From an uncultured Nitrospina sp. (GTDB taxonomy: Bacteria > Nitrospinota > Nitrospinia > Nitrospinales > VA-1): DNA of 64,000 nt. Below are positions 57,987 through 64,000 of the stretch, in pieces. The stretch covers positions 9,079-73,078 of the forward strand of contig CALAGQ010000038.1 of NCBI GenBank assembly GCA_937891765.1, read 5' to 3'. How positions within the stretch are numbered: position 1 is the stretch's first letter; every line of letters begins with the position of its first letter. The translations under genes and the position numbers were made by a program. Below the pieces are notes generated by a model. That model was given only the letters and a program-made list of their open reading frames with translations, was not told the DNA's origin and made no database searches.

Positions 57987-59195
57987 ATGAAACTTTCAAA
58001 AAATCGCAACCCTGCGGTTCCCGGATTCAAAGCGGCAGGACTGGGTTGCGGAATCAAATCAAAAAATACTAAAGATCTGGCATTGATCGTGTCCGATGTT
58101 CCGGCCACTGCGGCAGGCATTTTCACCACAAACCGGGTTGTGTCTCCCGGTGTGACCTGGAGTCGTCGCGCACTGAAATCCGGTAACTGCCGTGCCATCG
58201 TCGTGAACAGTGGCAACGCCAACACAGTCGTTGGGCCCAAGGGCATGAAAGACTGCGACGCGATCACAAAAAAAGTTGCGGAAGAATTGTCCATTCCACA
58301 AAATCAAGTGCTCATCGCCTCCACCGGGGTGATAGGCGTTCCGCTTCCTTCCCATAAAATTATAAAAGCCGCTCCGCAACTGGTAAAAAAACTGGGGCGC
58401 ACATCAAGTAACTGGACCGATGCCGCCGAGGCCATCATGACCACCGATCTGGTTTCAAAGTCGGATCGCGTTCAATACACCTTTCTGGGAAAAAGTATCG
58501 TGATAGGCGGAATCACAAAAGGGTCAGGAATGATCCACCCGAATATGGCAACCATGCTGGGGTTTTTGTACACCAATGCGGTGATCGACTCCAAAACTCT
58601 AAAAATAGCCCTGATAGAAGCCGCCGATCGCTCATTCAATCGCATCACGGTGGACGGAGACAGCAGCACCAATGATTGCATCATCGTCCTTGCCAACGGA
58701 GAGGCAAAAAACCCGACGATAAAACCCAACACATCAGGCTACCGGAAGTTTGTAAAAGCTTTGACGGCAATCAGCAAAAACCTAGCATCCAAAATTGTTC
58801 TGGATGGCGAAGGTGCAACCAAGTTCGTCACCGTCCGCGTTCAGGGGGGAAGGACTCGCAAGCAGGCGTACCTCATCGCCAACTCCGTTGCCACCTCTTC
58901 ACTTGTCAAAACCGCATTGTTTGGCGAGGACCCGAACTGGGGACGGATTTTTTGCGCGGTCGGAAACGCCGGCGCACCCTTTGATCCCGACAAAGTTGAT
59001 ATATTATTAAATAAAAACCTGCTGGTAAAAAAAGGTAACCCCACCAACTTGTCTCCCAAAAAACTGGTCAAAGCCATGCAACAACACGAAATTAATATCA
59101 CCATCGACCTGCATGGTGGAAAAGAATGGGAAGAAGTTTTGACCTGCGACTTGTCGTATGATTACGTAAAAATCAACGCCGAATACACCACCTAA
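57987..59195 (+). CDS. argJ: ornithine acetyltransferase / N-acetylglutamate synthase
   Basis: NSGNAN, STGVIG, IMTTD, KGSGMIHPNMATML, DGEGATK, CDLSYDYVKINAEYTT. Confidence 0.97.
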   Translation: MKLSKNRNPAVPGFKAAGLGCGIKSKNTKDLALIVSDVPATAAGIFTTNRVVSPGVTWSRRALKSGNCRAIVVNSGNANTVVGPKGMKDCDAITKKVAEELSIPQNQVLIASTGVIGVPLPSHKIIKAAPQLVKKLGRTSSNWTDAAEAIMTTDLVSKSDRVQYTFLGKSIVIGGITKGSGMIHPNMATMLGFLYTNAVIDSKTLKIALIEAADRSFNRITVDGDSSTNDCIIVLANGEAKNPTIKPNTSGYRKFVKALTAISKNLASKIVLDGEGATKFVTVRVQGGRTRKQAYLIANSVATSSLVKTALFGEDPNWGRIFCAVGNAGAPFDPDKVDILLNKNLLVKKGNPTNLSPKKLVKAMQQHEINITIDLHGGKEWEEVLTCDLSYDYVKINAEYTT

Positions 59196-59212
59196 CCCAG
59201 TCAACGGCCGTG

Positions 59213-59316
59213 GGCTGCTCACCGCAGGGGCAAATTGCAACGTCTTTATTTTGCGGGCAATCGTTTTCTCAGCCCAATAGGCCATTGCTCATTGGTCCCA
59301 CGCCGAGTGGGGGGGG
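59213..59316 (-). repeat. full-length copy of the element with a flanking G8 tract
   Basis: core 59285-59310; body matches 45426-45490. Confidence 0.85.
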
Positions 59317-59396
59317 CTAGATACAGATTCCATTCTGTATTAAAATTGACTGACAATTACTGATATCTTGGTCGGTGACCGATAAGGTTTATAAAC

Positions 59397-59909
59397 ATGG
59401 CTTTGCTGGAAATTAAAAACTGCCTCGATCCTGTTTTGAGGAAAATGTGTCTGCCCATTGATAATATTGATGGGGAACTGGTCACCCTTGCGGAAAATAT
59501 GGTGGAAACCACCCTCGCCGCTCCTGGAGTTGGGCTGGCCGCCAACCAGATTGGGTTGCCGTGGCGCCTGTTTGTGGTCAACATCGGTGTCGAAACCGAC
59601 AAGGAAAATCTGGTCACCGTGATCAATCCGGAAATCACTTGTATGGAAGGCAGCGAACTCGGGGAAGAAGGTTGCCTGAGCATTCCCGATGTGCTGGCAG
59701 AAGTGAACCGCGCCAGCCAAATTGAAATCAAGGGCTACGATCTTGATGGCAACGAAGTCCGCTATGAAGCCGAAGGGTATCTGGCACGAGCCTTTCAACA
59801 TGAAATGGATCATTTAAACGGCGTTCTTTTTTGGGACAAACTGGGAAAAGTGAAACGGGATATTCTAAAACGAAAATTCAAAAAGAAAATCAAAGAGCAG
59901 GAGGCATGA
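59397..59909 (+). CDS. def: peptide deformylase
   Basis: GVGLAANQ, EGCLS, HEMDH. Confidence 0.97.
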   Translation: MALLEIKNCLDPVLRKMCLPIDNIDGELVTLAENMVETTLAAPGVGLAANQIGLPWRLFVVNIGVETDKENLVTVINPEITCMEGSELGEEGCLSIPDVLAEVNRASQIEIKGYDLDGNEVRYEAEGYLARAFQHEMDHLNGVLFWDKLGKVKRDILKRKFKKKIKEQEA

Positions 59910-60847
59910 ATATTATTTTTATGGGAACGCCGGAATTTGCGCTTCCAACTCTGAAAGCCTTGCACCATTCTTCACATTCCGTACTGGCTGTCATCACTCA
60001 GCCCGACAAGCCGAAGGGCCGGGGACAGAAACTCATTGTCTCCCCGATCAAACAATATGCGTTGGACTCCAATCTTCCCTTACTGCAACCTGCAACAGTG
60101 AACGACCCTGAGTTCATCGAGTCATTAAAAAAAAATCGGCCGGACATAATTATCGTGGTCGCTTTCGGGCAGATAATGAGTGAGACCTTTCTTAAAATTC
60201 CCAAACAGTTCTGCATCAACCTGCATTCTTCGCTTTTACCCAAATATCGCGGCGCGGCTCCCATTCATCGTGCCATTCTTAATGGCGACACCAAATCGGG
60301 AGTCACCACTATGATTATGGATAAAGGCATGGATACCGGAGACATTCTACTCATGCAGGAAACGCCTATTCATGAGACCGATAACGCACAAACCCTGCAC
60401 GACACTTTGTCGGAGTTGGGCGGGGCTCTGGTGCTCGAAACCCTCAAGAGGCTTGAAGAAAATACGCTACTGCCTGTCCCGCAGGATCACGGTCAGGCCA
60501 CGTATGCAGCCAAACTGAAAAAGGAGGAAGGCCTGATTAAATGGGGACAGTCTGCCACCACTCTTTCGAACCAAGTTCGGGGTCTGACCCCCTGGCCGGG
60601 AACCTTCACTTTGCTGAACAAGAAACGCTTGCGAATATTAAAAGTTCAGGTCGCAGAGGGTGTTCCCGATGACACTCCGGGGAAGATTGCCCGGGTGACC
60701 GATATGGGTATTGAGGTAGGTACCGGACAGGGACGACTGGTCATCACCGAACTGCAACCCGAAGGCAAAAAAGTCATGTCGGCCAAAAGTTTTTTGGCGG
60801 GTCATAAAATTGAACGGGGAACCCAGTTTGATCAGGTTCCAAACTAA
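59906..60847 (+). CDS. fmt: methionyl-tRNA formyltransferase; start 59906 (ATGA overlap with def)
   Basis: [37 protein letters not shown]. Confidence 0.97.
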   Translation: MNIIFMGTPEFALPTLKALHHSSHSVLAVITQPDKPKGRGQKLIVSPIKQYALDSNLPLLQPATVNDPEFIESLKKNRPDIIIVVAFGQIMSETFLKIPKQFCINLHSSLLPKYRGAAPIHRAILNGDTKSGVTTMIMDKGMDTGDILLMQETPIHETDNAQTLHDTLSELGGALVLETLKRLEENTLLPVPQDHGQATYAAKLKKEEGLIKWGQSATTLSNQVRGLTPWPGTFTLLNKKRLRILKVQVAEGVPDDTPGKIARVTDMGIEVGTGQGRLVITELQPEGKKVMSAKSFLAGHKIERGTQFDQVPN

Positions 60848-60860
60848 TCATGAGGATAAT

Positions 60861-61796
60861 ATGCCAAGAACTTTAGTCACAGGTGGTGCAGGTTTTCTGG
60901 GTTCGCATTTATGCGAATACTTTCTCGCTAAAGGCCATGAGGTGGTCTGCATGGACAACCTCATCACCGGCTCCAAGGATAATATATCTCACTTAAAAGA
61001 TCAGAAGTTTCGATTTGTGGAACATAATGTCTCCGAATATATCAACCTCGAAGGCGAGTTGGACTATATTATGCATTTCGCATCTCCTGCCAGTCCCATT
61101 GACTATTTGGAGCTCCCCATTCAAACCCTCAAGGTCGGCGCACTCGGCACGCATAATGCTCTCGGGCTGGCAAAAGCCAAAAATGCCACTTTTCTTCTGG
61201 CTTCCACTTCTGAAGTTTATGGCGACCCCTTGATCCACCCGCAACCGGAAGAGTATTGGGGAAACGTGAACCCCATTGGTCCACGCGGCGTCTATGACGA
61301 AGCCAAACGGTTTGCCGAAGCCATCACCATGGCTTACCACCGGACGCATGGCATCAACACCAAGATCGTCCGCATTTTTAATACCTATGGGCCACGCATG
61401 CGGGTCAATGACGGCCGCGCCATTCCCAATTTTTTAAAACAGGCTCTCACCGGAAAAGATTTAACGGTCTACGGAGAAGGCTCGCAGACACGAAGCTTCT
61501 GTTTCGTGTCGGATCTTGTTGAAGGCCTCTACCGTCTGCTGATGTCAGAGCAGAACTATCCCGTTAATATTGGCAACCCCAATGAGATGACGGTTAAGGA
61601 AATGGCCGATAAAATTTTGCAAGCTACGGGTAGCAAGAGTAAAATTATCCACGTTTCCTTACCGGAAGATGACCCGAAAATCAGGCAACCCGATATCACC
61701 CGCGCCCGAAAATATTTAAACTGGGAACCTGTAGTCAGTCTGGACGAGGGTTTGCAATCGACCTTGAAATATTTTAAAGAGCAGCTGAAAACCTGA
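60861..61796 (+). CDS. UDP-glucuronate decarboxylase (UXS-like SDR); start 60861
   Basis: [39 protein letters not shown]. Confidence 0.92.
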   Translation: MPRTLVTGGAGFLGSHLCEYFLAKGHEVVCMDNLITGSKDNISHLKDQKFRFVEHNVSEYINLEGELDYIMHFASPASPIDYLELPIQTLKVGALGTHNALGLAKAKNATFLLASTSEVYGDPLIHPQPEEYWGNVNPIGPRGVYDEAKRFAEAITMAYHRTHGINTKIVRIFNTYGPRMRVNDGRAIPNFLKQALTGKDLTVYGEGSQTRSFCFVSDLVEGLYRLLMSEQNYPVNIGNPNEMTVKEMADKILQATGSKSKIIHVSLPEDDPKIRQPDITRARKYLNWEPVVSLDEGLQSTLKYFKEQLKT

Positions 61797-61812
61797 AATC
61801 CGGGATGTTATC

Positions 61813-62429
61813 ATGCCAGGAAAAAACAAATCTGCGATAAAGTACTGGCCAGAAGATGAGCGTCCGCGCGAAAGATTGATCAAATATGGCAGCAGCGCAT
61901 TGTCGGACGCGCATCTGTTGGGAATCCTCATCGGGTCGGGAGATTGGCGCTCCAAAAAAAATGCGGTGGACTTGAGCCTGGATTTACTCAACGTTTTTGG
62001 CACCCTCGAAAATCTTGATCAGGCAACGGTCACCGAAATATGCCAAGTAAAGGGCATCGGTGCTGCTAAAGCGGTGCAGATCAAAGCCGCGCTGGAAGTG
62101 GGAAAGCGCATGGCTTCAAAGCCGACAAGGACGAAGCTCAAATTAAAATCCAGCCAGGCTTTTGTCGAACAGTTTTCCCCTTTCCTGAAACATCTGAAAA
62201 AGGAAATTGTAAAGATCGTGCTCCTCGACCCCAAACTGCAATTGATCAAAGACCTGACTATATCGGAAGGCAGTTTGAATGCCAGCATTGTCCCCCCCCC
62301 AGTCAGAAAGACTTTGAAATCACCCACCGGCTCAACCAAACCGGAAAAATTGTCGGGATTCATATGGTCGACCACATTATCATTAGCGGTAATGAATTTT
62401 TTAGTTTTGCTGATGAAGACTTGCTGTAG
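61813..62429 (+). pseudogene. radC: radC with an internal deletion and frameshift at a C9 tract
   Basis: ERPRERL, GIGAAKA, GSLNASIV in frame; after 62292-62300 another frame gives PSQKDFEITHRL..VDHIII..FSFADEDLL-stop; HPREV..HNHPSG is missing. Confidence 0.85.
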
Positions 62430-62478
62430 AATGGGACTCGATATCTTTTGACTTGAATTTTTATCACAATGGGAACCT

Positions 62479-63039
62479 ATGCAACGCATTAAAGATTTTC
62501 TTTATTCCAGCGCCGATTTGAAAAGAACGGTTGCCGATACCCTTTCAGGAGACATTCTGGAAGCGGCAAACCGCATCAAGTCCTGCCTCGACAAAGGCGG
62601 GAAACTGATATTGATGGGCAACGGCGGAAGCGCGGCCGACTGCCAGCATATCGCCGCAGAACTGGTCGGCAGATTCAAAAAAGAACGCCGGGCCATGCCC
62701 GCAATCGCCCTCACCGTCGACACCTCTTCATTGACCGCTCTGGGAAACGATTATGGCTTTGATACAATTTTTGAACGGCAACTTGAGGCTCATTGTCGGG
62801 AAAACGATGCGGTGGTGGGCATCAGCACCAGCGGCAATTCTGAAAATGTTGTGAGAGCCTTGAAGAAGGCCAATGCCCTCGGCGCAGAGACCATTGGACT
62901 GGTGGGCAACGATGGGGGTAAAATAAAAGAGGTCGCGAATTTATCTATCATTGTTCCTTCCAACGATACGGCGAGAATTCAGGAAGTGCATATAACCATC
63001 GGCCATATCATTTGTGAACTTATTGAAGAAGATCTATAA
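62479..63039 (+). CDS. gmhA: D-sedoheptulose 7-phosphate isomerase
   Basis: GNGGSAADCQH, GNDYG, ISTSGNS, RIQEVH. Confidence 0.97.
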   Translation: MQRIKDFLYSSADLKRTVADTLSGDILEAANRIKSCLDKGGKLILMGNGGSAADCQHIAAELVGRFKKERRAMPAIALTVDTSSLTALGNDYGFDTIFERQLEAHCRENDAVVGISTSGNSENVVRALKKANALGAETIGLVGNDGGKIKEVANLSIIVPSNDTARIQEVHITIGHIICELIEEDL

Positions 63040-64000
63040 ATGAAAGAAAAGTTTAAATATTTTTTTAACAGCAGTAAACGGCCGAAAGTTCTCGTTGTCG
63101 GCGATTTGATACTGGATGAATATATCTGGGGAAGCGTACACCGCATCTCTCCAGAGGCTCCCGTTCCCATTCTAGAAACGCGCTCCGAAAACCTGGCTTT
63201 GGGCGGGGCCGCCAATGTCGCCAATAACCTTGTCGGTCTCGGGTGCGAAGTCCATCTTTGCGGCGCTATTGGACAAGATGAAAAGGGCGACAAACTTTTA
63301 AAAACCATTCATGACCGCTCCATTCAAACGGAAGGGATTTTTCGGTTCGTCCATCGCCCCACGACTTCCAAAATGAGGATCATCGCCCATAACCAGCAGA
63401 TCTTGCGAGTCGATAAAGAAGACAACCGCCCCATCACCGAAAAAACCGAAAAGAAGTTGATTCAGTATATCAATCAGGTTATTCCTGAGATGGATGGTGT
63501 TATCTGCTCCGATTACCATAAAGGCGTTCTCACCGAAAAAGTTATTAAAGCGATTATGCACCGGGCGCAGAAATCTCAAAAACCCGTTATCGTTGATCCC
63601 AAGAGTTCAGATTTCTCCCTGTACAAAGGCGCCACCGTCATCACTCCCAATTTAAGAGAGGTCGCCCGCTCGGTTCCCATCAAGATTGAAAATAAAGAAG
63701 ACCTGGGCCGCGCCGCCGAATACCTTTTGAACCTGACAAAAGCACAGGCCATCCTCATTACACAGGGGAAAGACGGCATGTCTCTTTATCAGAACAAAGA
63801 AAAACTCGTATCCATCCCCACTGTAGCCAAGGAAGTTTTTGATGTTACCGGTGCCGGAGACACGGTCATCAGCGTCTTTGGCATGGCGGTGTTTGTCGGT
63901 TTCAATTATCAGGAAGCCGCGTGGCTCTCAAATATGGCCGCCAGCGTGGTTGTCGGAAAAGTAGGAACCGCTGTCGTGACCCTGGAAGAAATCAACGAGT
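63040..64000 (+). CDS. hldE: heptose 7-phosphate kinase (HldE/RfaE domain I), truncated by the window end
   Basis: ATG 63040; VVGDLILDEY..RISPEAPVP, GGAANVA, DVTGAGDT; no stop before 64000. Confidence 0.92.
   Translation, partial: MKEKFKYFFNSSKRPKVLVVGDLILDEYIWGSVHRISPEAPVPILETRSENLALGGAANVANNLVGLGCEVHLCGAIGQDEKGDKLLKTIHDRSIQTEGIFRFVHRPTTSKMRIIAHNQQILRVDKEDNRPITEKTEKKLIQYINQVIPEMDGVICSDYHKGVLTEKVIKAIMHRAQKSQKPVIVDPKSSDFSLYKGATVITPNLREVARSVPIKIENKEDLGRAAEYLLNLTKAQAILITQGKDGMSLYQNKEKLVSIPTVAKEVFDVTGAGDTVISVFGMAVFVGFNYQEAAWLSNMAASVVVGKVGTAVVTLEEINE

Noticed and set aside
18243-59310. Repeat family as a CRISPR array
   Set aside because: Copies are dispersed, never more than two in tandem, the inter-core bodies are homologous rather than unique spacers, and there are no cas genes

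Overview
This is a core-chromosome segment of a Gram-negative bacterium. The taxon is tentatively Nitrospinota-like, judged only from gene content and style (hopanoid cyclase, heptose genes, many orphan proteins) and not confirmed by any search. It holds about 55 CDSs and one tRNA-Leu(TAG). I found no prophage, transposase, rRNA or CRISPR array. Housekeeping blocks are smc, nadE, tRNA-Leu-tig-clpP-clpX-lon, rplM-rpsI, argC-argJ, def-fmt, radC-gmhA-hldE, pyrF and shc. Accessory blocks are: a nucleotidyltransferase-fold protein plus TonB plus two fused CDP-alcohol phosphotransferases; a glycan-tailoring cluster with two radical SAM enzymes; a two-partner secretion pair (1924-aa TpsA); an LRR protein; a GGDEF-PilZ cyclase; and a GlmM-like plus LbH-only GlmU-like pair. 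Three kinds of signal are not explained by the ORF track. (1) A dense family of ~90-97 bp intergenic mosaic repeats (core CCACTCGGCGTGGGGCCAATGAGCAA, at least 14 full or partial copies) occurs singly, in tandem and head-to-head, and donates the C-termini of several proteins. (2) Two sigma-54 -24/-12 promoters share an identical upstream 12-mer. (3) Three small lesions are present: a radC deletion that removes the JAMM site, one base that both lengthens pyrF and removes the next gene's ATG, and an HNH-like gene split at a slippery heptamer.
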